This document shows, piece by piece, positions 15,866-27,497 of a stretch of 64,000 nucleotides of DNA (position 1 is its first letter; each line of letters starts with the position of its first letter). Below the pieces are notes generated by a model. That model worked only from the letters and a program-made list of their open reading frames with translations. It searched no databases and was not told the origin of the DNA. The position numbers and the translations under genes were made by a program. The stretch comes from the human T2T-CHM13v2.0 reference genome, Homo sapiens. The DNA lies in NCBI RefSeq assembly GCF_009914755.1, contig NC_060935.1; one strand, 5' to 3'.

Positions 15866-15984
15866 TTAGAGACAGTGTCTCAATATGTTGCCCAGGCTGG
15901 CCTCGAACTTTTGGGCTCAAGCAATCCTCCCACCTCTGCCTCCAGAATAGCTGGGACTACAGGCACGTGCGACTGAGCCCAGCT
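15866..15984 (-). mobile_element. FLAM/Alu monomer
   Basis: Single antisense Alu arm. Confidence 0.8.
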
Positions 15985-16927
15985 CCATTCTCAATTTTAG
16001 TTGAAAGAGGCAACCTGTTGTATTTGAGGGGGTTTAAATAAGTCAGGACAACATATTTAAAAGTACACTTAACAGTACCAGGAAGTATTTATAAAATAGG
16101 GGTGTTCACAGCCTTTCTTTCTTTAGAGAATCTTCTTTATGGCTTCCTGGACAGATGAAGGTAACAGGTAAGGCAGAGAGAACTTAGGAAACCCAAGAGC
16201 GTAAACTTAACTTACATCAAAAAGTGCAGAGCATTTTAGACAGTTTTGGGCAGAAGCGTATTGAATAGTTGCTGAATAGGAGAAGGCAGAGCAATATAGG
16301 CTGGGTTTGGGAAAGGTTCTTTTGGAGTTTCATGAGCGGGAGGAGAGAGAATTTGGGGGACTTTTGTACTTACCATTTATTTTATACTGAGAGAGCTATT
16401 AAGAAGATTTGCTTTGTGATTTAAATGGAGTTCACCTTTGGTGTTTTTGAGAGACTTCGTGAAAACTAAATCTGCTTTTCAAGTATTCCTTGGTGGCAGG
16501 ACCATTTGTCTTTGAAGGGGAAACCTTGGAGATGGGCTCAATGGTGGATACAAAAAGACTAGGATTTGTGAAAGTTACACATGTGCCTGTCTAAGAGGGA
16601 GAAATGTCTGCTTACCTTCTACTACCTGGGTTAAGGTATATCTTTGGAAGGAGAATGATTGAACCTAACAGAAAAATATTTAGCTCTTTTGAATTCTCAG
16701 AGGTAGTCCAGAGAGTGGTGAAATATGTGAGTACAGGGCATGACTAAGCAAAAACTGATGAAAGGACTAAAAAATATTTAACTGTAGTCTTGGCATGAAA
16801 GTCAAATGGGAGTTAGAAATTCTAAGAAAGATATTATAATCATATGTGAGTTACAGGGATTATTGAAAATTGAAGTTTTTTTTTCCTTTCACAGCTATAA
16901 TTTTTATTAATTTTTAAGAACACTTAC

Positions 16928-17039
16928 CAGAATACTGAGCAGTTGGTTGCATATTGCCCACATTTCTTCTTTGGTCTTTATAATCTGGAGGTGGCCTTGA
17001 CAAATGTCGGTTTATCTGATCTTGTGGAGCAATTTTCTC
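16928..17039 (-). CDS. MAML2: MAML2 penultimate coding exon (exon 4), 112 nt, EKIAPQDQINRHLSRPPPDYKDQRRNVGNMQPTAQYS(G)
   Basis: Translated by hand. Acceptor ...tttctcaag|GAG (17040-17041) and donor TCTG|gtaagt (16922-16927). Starts phase 0 and ends phase 1, joining exons 3 and 5 in frame. Contains PPDY. Confidence 0.95.
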
Positions 17040-17596
17040 CTTGAGAAATGATATGAAAGCATATTATGTTGCATCATTCCCTTTTCACTTGTGAAAATAC
17101 ATGTAAAATTTTGTAAAATTTCAGAAAATATAAGAACAATTTTGCAATCATGGGTTACAAATCATGACCTTATTTTGTAGTCTTAATTCAGAGACAAATC
17201 TTTTCAATTTCAATAAACTTCCTGTATGGAAGTATAATTTCTACTTTTCCATAACAGTCAACATGTGTTTTGGTTCTAGTAACTACTCCTATTTTCTTTA
17301 TTTTGCAATTCAATTTCAATGAGAACTAAATTTCTGTGATTTTTCAAGATGCTAATTTCTAATTTTGTCTAAAAACAGACACAAACAAGGTCACTGTGCA
17401 ACCTCCAAAACACCAAACACCCCCCTCTCTTGTTAAATGAGTGATAGCTACTTCTTTATTCAATGAGAATAGCACATCTGATATGCTTTGGCAGGTACCT
17501 ACGTAGAATTCTGGTCCCACACAGTGGGGAAAGCATAGGAGGTAGGGTTTTCAGATAAAATACAGAACATGTAGGTATTCTGTATTCTTATTTGTT

Positions 17597-17895
17597 TTTG
17601 TTTGTTTGTTTGTTTGTTTGAGATGGAGTCTTGCTCTGTCACCCAGAGTGGAGTGCAGTGGTGTGATCTCGGCTTACTGCAACCTCTGCCTCCCTGGTTC
17701 AAGTGATTCTCCTCCTCCTGAGCCCCTGGGATTACAGGTGCCCGCCATCACGCCCAGCAAATTTTTGTATTTTTTTTTAATAGAGATGGGCTTTTACCAT
17801 ATTGGCCAGGCTGGTCTCGAACTCCTGACCTCATGATCCACCCAGCTCAGCCTCCCAGAGTGCTGGGATTACAGGCATGAACAACTGCGCCCAGC
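17597..17895 (-). mobile_element. AluS with (TTTG)n tail
   Basis: Full Alu flanked by TSD tctgtattcttatttgtt. Confidence 0.92.
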
Positions 17896-18324
17896 TCTGT
17901 ATTCTTATTTGTTAAATCTGATGACCCTAGGTAGGAGGAGATGTCAGGAGATAACCAACAGGTACCGATATAGGCACTATATGAATTTTATCTCTTTTTT
18001 ACCTTCGCATAAACAATTCTTAAAGGTAGGTATGATTATTTCCACCTAAAAAATAAGGAAATTAAAGCCTTGTTAGGCTAAGTAACTTGCTCAAGGTCAC
18101 ACAGTGGTAGAACTGAGACCAAATCCTGAGTCCAAAACTCAGGCTCTTTCCTGACACACAATACGAGGCCCCTTGCTACTCTGTTTCTCAGCTCCCCATT
18201 CTAAAAGCACAGGTTTGCTGTCCTCCCTTCATTTCTTCCTTTTGGAATCAGCCTTTTGATCTTTAGAATAGGTGACTTTGGAAGCTAAGAGAAAAAAAAA
18301 GAGACATTCTTTTAATATGTCAAT

Positions 18325-18800
18325 ATCCTCAGTCAAAGACCACTAGGAACACAGCTGTTGGCTTTATTACTTGTTGCAGCAAGGGAGAACACACATCATG
18401 AGGGGTCACAGGGTGTCTCAGTAGGAGAATGTTAGAAAGAATCTGTCCTGAGATTTGGACTTTGAGTGATTTCGGAAGAGTCTAAGGAAATGGGGCTTTG
18501 TTCTAGATTGGAAGCTGTCACAAAGTAAAGTCAATTCTAACTGAATAAAGAAGTAGCTATCACTCATTTAACAACAGAGGGGGGTGTTTGGTGTTTTGGA
18601 GGTTGCACAGTGACCTTGTTTGTGTCTGTTTTTAGACAAAATTATGAAGTGTTATTTTGTCTCATTTTATCATGGTCTCAGAGTAACCCTGTCTGAGGTT
18701 GACATTCTGTAGGATTGTTTATACCCAACAGAGAACAAAACAGCTTGGCTGTGAGTATCATATCAGCTTTGGGAATTAAGGGCTGCTTTTTATCTTGTTT
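18325..18800. mobile_element. Old ERVL-type LTR fragment (subfamily uncertain)
   Basis: caaagaccactaggaac...tttattacttgttgcagcaagggagaac...gtgtctcagtaggagaatgttagaaag resembles old eutherian LTR consensus sequences. Confidence 0.6.
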
Positions 18801-19511
18801 GGTATGGATCAGGGAGTTTTTAGAATGACTTCACTGCAATTTTGTATGCATCCCAAAGCAATCTCAATTTTCAAAATAAAAATAATCAGCATAGGTAGAC
18901 GGAGAACACTATAATTATAGAAAAGTCAACAAATAGAAAAGAAAACTTTGTAATAGATACATGGGTAAATTAGCTGGAAAACAAATGTGCACTGCCTAAC
19001 TTAGAACTGACTTAAACCATGTGTTTCTCAGTTTCCCATCACATTCCAAACCTTCTTAGTAGAATAAGTCTACTATAAAGGAGAGGAAAAAGCCTTAAAA
19101 CAACAACAAACCAAATTTAAATTCTTGTTGCTAAGAAAAAGGCTTGAAAGACACAGTTTTTTGCACATAAGTAATTCATATAAAACACAATTTTGATGAG
19201 CTAAGTGTAAATGAATCAGAAACATATGGATTACATTTCTTTTAAACATGGGTTTACAAATTAAGGGAAAAAGTGGTTGGTGAAATGCTCTTTGGTTTTG
19301 CCCAAACCCTAAATGTTTAAGAAACAGCTTGAGATGTTCCATGAACCCAAATGTGGTGATGTTCAACCAGCTCTGCTGTAAACTGTTGTGTGAGATGACA
19401 GTTTTGATTTTTATGCCAAGCATGGACTTTCTGAAATCCACTCTTTTCCAAAAGCATCTGTCATTCTTTCTTATGTAATTAGGTGTTTCTACCGTTTATA
19501 CTGAAGACAGG

Positions 19512-19512
<1 letters not shown>

Positions 19513-19552
<40 letters not shown>

Positions 19553-19575
19553 AGTGAGAGAGAAAGAGAGAGATA
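19513..19575 (+). repeat. (TG)n followed by (AG)n microsatellite
   Basis: Directly visible. Confidence 0.95.
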
Positions 19576-19594
19576 AAGAGAAGAAGGTGCTTGA

Positions 19595-19889
<295 letters not shown>

Positions 19890-19915
19890 TAAACTGTTGT
19901 TCAAAGGGTTTTCAT

Positions 19916-20015
19916 TTATATATATATAATATTTATAGTATATATATTTATATTATATATATTTACATTATTATATATAATATTTATATTACATATATCA
20001 TTTATATATATATAT
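19916..20015. repeat. (TA)-rich low-complexity tract
   Basis: Directly visible. Confidence 0.9.
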
Positions 20016-22333
20016 CCAGAAATTTAGGTTTCTTAAACTACTCGTTCACAAATGACTTAGATTAATAACCTTGCATATGGACATAACACAGAACTGCCAT
20101 GTTGTTCTTTTGTGCTGAAGAGCAGCAAAGACTAGCCTGCAATACTGAATAGAGATGGCTACATTTTGCAAAAGACTGACATTCCTATTCTGTGCAAGTG
20201 TAAACATATAGGCCATTCTTGAGAATACTTTTATGCAATATGAAATTTAATTTATGAACTAATATCTAATGATAACCCAATCTGTTGGACTTGAAAACCC
20301 ATTATAGAAATCATCTGTTATAGTACATATCTGTTCTGCTTCAGTTTCTCCATCTGTAAAAATGTGAGATGTGGATAATTATAGGACCTCCCTCATATTT
20401 CTATTTAATTCTGTGAAAATCCAGCTTGGTGCCTGGCATACAGTAGGTACACAATGCGTGTTGGTAATTACGATGTCCGTTGTAATAAGTACTATTCATG
20501 TCTCTTCTTTGTGCTTCATTGGTAGGAGAATAATAGAGAATAAGGATAACAAACTTTCATGAGACAACGTCTCAATTTAGGTGCCTATGTGGCCTTGCCA
20601 ACTGACTGCAAATGACCACAAAGCATATGCTAATGTACAGTGGTATCAAAGACCACTTCTTCCTGGATATGCTAAAAAGCACAGACACCCTCAATGGTGT
20701 CCAAACAAAGAGAAATGTGAATGGTTTTTAAAAATCACAAAAACAGCAGCCTCATTCTCATTCATCTCACAGTTTATGCCACTGCCCTTTGCACCTGTCC
20801 TAGTGGTGACTCAACTGGGGCCCAGTGGGAGTTAGCCCAGTGCCAGGCCAGGACCCTCATGGAATGTATATGCTACCACTTCCTTGCCTTTTAACAAGAG
20901 CTGAAAATCAACCTCTGTGTGTTATAATTCATGAAATTAGTAGTATTGATGGTAGTGATGAAAGTGTACCCAGTAAGTCAACCTTAGATTACACATTTTT
21001 CTCTCTGCTGTCCTTGTTTCTAAGTTCTTTAGCTTATAAGGATAAAAATGGGAGGGGAAGGGAACAGGGGGGAGGACTGGAGTTTTCAAAACTATGATTT
21101 CTAGAAGAAACCAGTTGTGTCACTTTGTGATCCAGTCTGTGACTCCCTTAAACCTTATGGCAGTATTCAACGTCATCTGTAATCTTATTTCTCAATATTC
21201 CTTATTCCAGGTCAAATAAATTTACTTCTCACTATTTCTTTTCACATGCCCTGAATACGAAACTTATTCCACTTGTAATTCCTTTAAAAGTGTGGTTGTT
21301 ATACTATGTTTACTTTTTATCAGGCATTAAATATTTCATAATGCAATCTCAAACTCACCAACAAATTCACACCCAGGCTGCACCTTTTGGTGCTCCACCC
21401 TCCACCTACAATAGTGGACCCCACCTACTCTATCAGAATCCTACAGTCCTTCAAAATCAATGTCAAATTTTACTTCTTTGGGAGACTATCCTCAATCTTT
21501 GCAGGCTGGATTTAATCTTTCTTTCCATTACATTTTCTCTTACTTTTTATACTTTTTACTGTAAAAAGTATACTTTTTTCTCTTACTTTTTATACTTTTT
21601 AGTATATTTTATACTTTTACTATAATGCAAATCTGAATCTAGTACTTCCCCTTGTGTTAAATCCTTAAAATCTCTTCTGTTGCTTTTTAATGTAAATTCT
21701 GGCCTCTCAAGCCCTATCCTCCTGCTTCTTATCCCATCTTTACCCATCAATTCCCCCTTCTCGTGCACACTCAATACCTTGGCAGGCATAATATGTAGTA
21801 TCCTTTATTGTCCCTAGGTCTTTGAATATGCTGGTTGTTCTGGCTGAAATAACCCTCCTACTCATCTCTTACTCCACTTTCAGATATTCGGTAGATAGAA
21901 AGTTCTTTCTGAAATCATTTCTAGTAGTTACCAGAGTATGGCATTTAATCACATGCATTACAATTGGCCAATTTATCTGACATATCCTCAGTGGGCTCAA
22001 GGCTTCTCTAGGGTGAAGAGAGGATTTGCCTTGTTTATGGCTCTCCCCTCATTGCAAATTATTATTTACTGAATAATTATAGCACTTGTGATACCCTGCA
22101 TTTCTGACTCTCACTACAAAGCTCCTTGAATATAAAATTATTTGATTTTGTTGTTATCTTTTCTGTATACTTTAGCTCTAATTCACCTGGAGATGCTTAC
22201 TTTTTATTTCATTTGGCCAAATAGTTTGAAGGGAGGCAATGAAACCAGGGCTGAGCAGATAAATACTGAAGGAGGGTTAATGCATGAAGAGTGTGTGGGA
22301 AACACAATCTTGTCTTTCTTAAACAGTCAAATA

Positions 22334-22413
22334 TTAGGTTGGTGCAAAAGTGATTACGGTTTTTGCCATTAAAAGTAGTGGCAAAAATCGCAATCACTTT
22401 TGCATCAACCTAA
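22334..22413. mobile_element. MADE1 (Hsmar1-derived 80-bp MITE)
   Basis: ttaggttggtgcaaaagt...acttttgcatcaacctaa palindrome, 80 bp, TA duplication at 22332-22333 and 22414-22415. Confidence 0.93.
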
Positions 22414-22918
22414 TATATACAGTGCAAATGGGAAATGTATTTTACATTTTCTTTTAAAAAATCCCCCATTGTGAGTTGCTTTATTTTGGAAGCCAAATCT
22501 TGGTTTTGAGGCTCCATGTTGGCTTTTAAAATTGCTTTTGAAACTCTTATCTCTAAAATCAGTTTGGATTTGAGTTGATTCAAGTTCAGTTTACTGTTTC
22601 TGCCCCTTAAGCCTGGGGAACAACACTGGTTTCTTTTGCCTGATTCAAATGCCCATGTTGGTTGTTCTAGACATTCCTGGGCTGGGCAGGGCTGGTTAGC
22701 AGAGGTGCCATGCATTCCAAGTGTCCAGCAGTTGTTAAATCAAGTTTGGGTTTTTTTTCTTCCTGCAGTACACTAAATGTATGGAATTATCCTCTCTTAC
22801 AGTCAGCACACCTTTGTTGCTGTCACGTAAGTAGGCACAGTAAATATAAATGGAAAAGAATAAACTCCCTCTGTTGGGTCAACAGGTTTGTTCAGTAGAA
22901 ATTAAGAGAAAGTTTTAC

Positions 22919-23122
22919 CGCGTCAGCCAGCATCTGCTGCTGGAGAAGAAGTTGCTGTTTCTGCTCCATGATCTGCCTCTGTAGAGTCTGCTTCTTTCCC
23001 ATCAATTGCTGATTCAACAGTGATTGCTGGGAGTTCATGTAACCACTTCCAGTGTTTGGATTTGAGCAGGGGTTAGGACTTGGACTGGGGCCTGTGTTCT
23101 GGCCTACCACAGAGTGTTGATC
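22919..23122 (-). CDS. MAML2: MAML2 coding exon 3, 204 nt, DQHSVVGQNTGPSPSPNPC...QQLLLQQQMLADA
   Basis: Overlaps Q-rich ORF 22892..23110. Acceptor with strong pyrimidine tract ...tcttctttag|GAT (23123-23124); donor GCG|gtaaaa (22917-22918). 68 whole codons. Confidence 0.95.
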
Positions 23123-24109
23123 CTAAAGAAGAGAAAGGGGGAAGGAAAAGCTACTGTGAATTAAAAAAAGAAAAATGTAGCACAAAGATCATACACTCAG
23201 ATTCCAAACATTTTTCATCTTATTAAAGATCAAACATGGTTAAATGGGTTGGAGATCAGAGAATCGCTTTTTAAATGTAGAAGAAATAATTGCATAACAC
23301 AGCAACCAAAGCAGCTGGGTTAATGACATTAGGGCACTGGAAAAGCTCCCATGAGGACTCTGATTGTGGAACCTCCACATTCCAGAAGGTGTTTATGGAA
23401 CCTCAAAGAAAACTACCATAAAAACATATGGCAAACCTCTCAATTTCTCAGGAATAAACATCATAACCTAACAAATCCTTCCTTTTCCCAAAGTTAGCAT
23501 GTATCATTGCTGATCCTGCAATGAAAGTCATGTTTTAATTCACGTGTTTAAAAGTTGAAACTATTTTGGACAGAAGGCATTTTGCCTTACCCAGCTTTCT
23601 GTGACAGAAAGGCAGGAAGGCCTCTAAGTTTCTGTTTTATAAACTCAAACTTGGAAAGGACTTCACTTCTCAGGGCCTTGTAAATTTTGTTCCGCAGTCA
23701 ACAATTCAGGTATCTCGGCGCAAGAATCTCAGTAAAAGAATACCCGACACACTGACAATGAGAAAATATTGATTAAAAACTCAACTGTATATCAAATAAT
23801 ATTGGGTATTGGTGAACTGCCTTTCTAATTTGAGGTCTCTACCAATTTTTTGGCATTGACAGATCAGGACTCTGCAAGACAGTAAGCTAAACCCAGTTGA
23901 ATATTCTCATTAATTCCCAATGATGTATTTAGGATTGAGCTCTACACTAGTACACTAGTAGGGTTACAAGAAGACTAGAAAATATGGTTATCACCTTAGA
24001 GAATTTATCACCCAAGTGAGGGAGAAATGCTTACATGTATAAATATAAGAAAATGTAAAATCAAATTTTAGTTTACATGATATAAACACTAAGTCAAAAA
24101 TTGTTATAC

Positions 24110-24250
24110 TTTGATCAGAATGATCTGGGAATCAGCTTATAAGGCAGATGCCCTGGCCTTGTCCCAGGGATTCTGAGGCTATAGATCAGGGTACCTCCTT
24201 AGGTTATTCTGATACTCATTGGTCCAGGGAATATGCTTTGGGAAACACTG
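24110..24250. mobile_element. MER5-type hAT-Charlie fragment
   Basis: atcagaatgatctggga...gattctga...tgctttgggaaacactg. Confidence 0.6.
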
Positions 24251-24285
24251 AATACATGGGAACAAAAGAAATCCAACTCTCTCTC

Positions 24286-24607
24286 TTTTTTTTTTAAGAG
24301 ACAGAGTCTCACTCTATTACCCAGGCTGGAGTGCAGTGGCATAATCATGGCTCACTGCAGCTTCAACCTCCCAGGCTCAAGCAGTCCTCCCACTTCAGCC
24401 TCCTAAAGTGCCTGGGACCACAGGCGTGCGCCACCTGGCTAATTTTTAAATTTTTTTTAGAGACAGGGTGGCTAATTTTTAAATTTTTTTTTAGAGACGG
24501 GGTCTTACTATGTTGCCCAGGCTGGTCTCAAAGTCAAGGGCTCAAGTGATCCTAGATCCTTGGCCTCCCACAGTGCTGGTATTACAGGCATGAAGCACTG
24601 TGCCCAG
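24286..24607 (-). mobile_element. AluJ with internal tandem duplication
   Basis: Antisense AluJ whose middle linker is present twice (24436-24502). Confidence 0.9.
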
Positions 24608-24687
24608 AAAAAAAAAAAAAAAATCCATCTGTCATTCACCAACTAAACTATGTAAGGTTACAAGACATAAAAACATTAAGCAGGGAG

Positions 24688-24995
24688 TTGGGTGCGGTGG
24701 CTCATGCCTGTAAACCTAGCACTTTGGGAGGCCGAGGCAGGTGGTTCACCTGAGGTCAGGAGTTTGAGACCAGCCTGGCCAACATGGTTAAACCCCATCT
24801 CTACTAAAATATGAAAATTAGTTGGGTGTGGTGGCACATGCCTGTAATCCCAATTACTTACTCAGGAGGCTGAGGCATGAGAATCACTTGAACCTAGGAG
24901 GCAGAGGTTGCAGCGACCCGAGATTGTGCCGCTGCACTCCAGCCTGGGTGACAGAGCAAGACTCTGTCTCAAAACAAAAACAAACAAACAAAAAA
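24688..24995 (+). mobile_element. AluSx-like
   Basis: cacctgaggtcaggagtttgagaccagcctggccaacatgg; (AAAC)n tail. Confidence 0.92.
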
Positions 24996-25264
24996 CCACA
25001 AAGCAACTCCCATGATACCACATGAGTAGAGGTGGTAGGTACACTGTTTGTGGAAATTATCTTTTTTATTTCTTTCTCTTTCTTTAACTATGTGCCGAGC
25101 TGAAATAAATAAACAAGTAAGTAAGTAAGCCACAAGCCGAAAGCCTTGGCCTTGCTTTAGTAATCTCTGAGGCTACAGAGCTCACCAGCTGCCTCAAAAG
25201 CAAAGGGTTACAAAATAATTCTAAGGGCGACCATCCACTGAGGCTTATTATCAGCCAGTCACTG

Positions 25265-25460
25265 TGGTCCGTGCTTTACGTGATTTATCTCATTCACTCC
25301 TCCCAACAAAACAATGAGCAAGAACTTGTATTATTAACCCAACTTTGCAGATGAGAAACCTGAGCTCAGAGAGATCACATAGCTGTAAGTGGCCGAGGAG
25401 GATTTGAAGCCAGGTCTGTCTGACCCCACAACTCTAGTTCTCAATCAGTACACTTTACTG
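25265..25460. mobile_element. MIR
   Basis: Core tttgcagatgagaaacctgagctcagagag...ggatttgaagccaggtctgtctgac. Confidence 0.8.
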
Positions 25461-26289
25461 CCTGTCACGTGAGACAGGAAGCATTGAGAAGAAAGATTTT
25501 TGTACTTTAAACCTGGGCCAACCCATCAGTTCATGCAGCACTCTTCCCAGGGTTGAGCACCCTCAGGTCAGGAAGGTGGAAAGAAGTGTGTTGGAGAGAA
25601 GGACAGGGGAGTGAGGACAGGGTGGGGAGATCCTCTTCACTAGTTAGTAAAAAATAATTACAGCCATCTCTGAGGTACATCCTTTGAGCAGCTTAAGGAA
25701 ACCATCCTCTAATATATTTACACCCCTATGACCAGTCAGTTCTTTCAACTTTAAATCCATCATGAATTTCGGAGACTTCACCGCCTGTGTTCTATAAGCC
25801 ACTAAGAATGTGGACTTGGAGACAAGTACTTGAGGGTCATTGACAGAATGGCAAATGAGGATCGGTGAGCTGAGTGTCTTGGAGGGCAAAAGGAGGAGGA
25901 AATACATGGAGGATTGGGGGCTGGGCCTTTTGGTGCACCCTGAGTAAGGACAGGGAAGCAGAGCCTGTGACAGGGGGAAAGAGGCAGGATCAGGGAAGCG
26001 TAAAGACAGCTGGAAGTGGTGGGGGAAGACATCAAGGTGGGAGAGAATGTATTGGAGATGGTAGTTTGCTTTCTACTCTCCACTTGAACCAGAATAGAAA
26101 GAGTCTGCTCTTTTCTTTGTTAGTTTGGAGTTTTATGTAAGACTTTCAAAAGAAGATTTTGTGTTTTTTTGTTTTGGTTTATTTTTTTAAGTAGCTGACA
26201 AGCATAGGTAGAAAAATTCAAAACACTTTTCTTTTCATCTTCTTTGCATTGCCATGCAATGGACAAGACCATAAGCTCCGGAGATAGGT

Positions 26290-26490
26290 CCACCTTGGTT
26301 CATACCCCAGTTCTGACACTTAGTTGTGTGATGTGGCAGAAGTTAATTCACCTCTCTAAGCCTCAGTTTTCTTATCTGTAAAAGGGAAATAATAACAGTA
26401 TGGATGTCACAGTTTCCCTACAAGAGTTAGGGGAGATAATCCAATACCTACCACGTAGTAAGCACTTACTAAACAATAGCTGCTCATAAT
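26290..26490. mobile_element. MIR
   Basis: cacctctctaagcctcagttttcttatctgtaaaagggaaataataacagta. Confidence 0.8.
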
Positions 26491-27392
26491 TATTAAAGTT
26501 ATTTCTACACATAGGAACAATAGTCTGTTTACGTTTGTTTTCATTGTGAAACAAAGGAGATAGAACTCGCAGACTACAGAAAGCTGTTCTGTGTCAGGTC
26601 TCTGAGAAATGTAGAGGTCTCAGTTATATTGCAGATTATGAGCTGCCAGGGATTTGGGAAATTACCTTCATCCTCCTACTTGAAGATGCCAGAAGATGGG
26701 TGGGGTATCATTCTCTGATGGGCTGTCTTTTGGGGTGTGCTTCTTTCTTCTCAGTTAGGGGCTTAGCTCAGGTCTCTGTTAGCTTTGCTCTTTGCTGTTC
26801 TGGTTTTTATTCTTTTAACATCCAATTATTTATGCATAGTGCAATCATGTACATTTACTAAGTACCGTGCCTTAGTTTCCTCATTTGCAACATAAAGGTA
26901 ATACATTAATTACCTAAAATTTAACAAGATGAATTTTAGAACAGTGCCAGGGACTTAGTAGAGATGTTTGATACACTTTAACTATTATTATTTTGTTATT
27001 TCTGTATTTTTAAATATTAGATGTTTTATATCCAATGAGTCTTATGAAGGAGCTCACACTGTAAGTGTACCTGGACTACAGATGTGGTGTGTTTGGCCCC
27101 CATCATGTTTGAAACACAAATTGCTCTTTTTGCTCTCCAGGTGGCCACAGCAGCCTCTACTACTCCTTACTTTATTATACCCACCCATTTTCCTCACTTC
27201 TATCATTTGCCTGGTCCATGTAGGCCATCTGAGTTTAAGATCTCTGGCATACAGTTTATCTGGGAAGATAAGCTACACATACCACACACTCCACATATCC
27301 ACTCACCCAAAGTTATGACAACAAAAAGCAATGCATAATCATTTCCATTAGGTGGTATGATACCTACTAGTGTCTTAAGATTAAAACCCAGA

Positions 27393-27497
27393 TCATGGCA
27401 TACATTTACCTATGTAACAAACCTGCACATCCTGCACATGTACCCGGGAACTTAAAAGTTGAAGGAAAAATCAATCAATCAATCAATCAATCAATCT
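27393..27497 (+). mobile_element. Very short 3'-terminal L1P fragment with (TCAA)n tail
   Basis: catttacctatgtaacaaacctgcacatcctgcacatgtaccc...aacttaaaa; cagatca occurs on both flanks. Confidence 0.8.

Noticed and set aside
22294-22302. RBPJ-type TGTGGGAAA sites (also 9728-9736) suggesting Notch autoregulation
   Set aside because: Isolated and unpaired; a few such matches are expected by chance in 64 kb.
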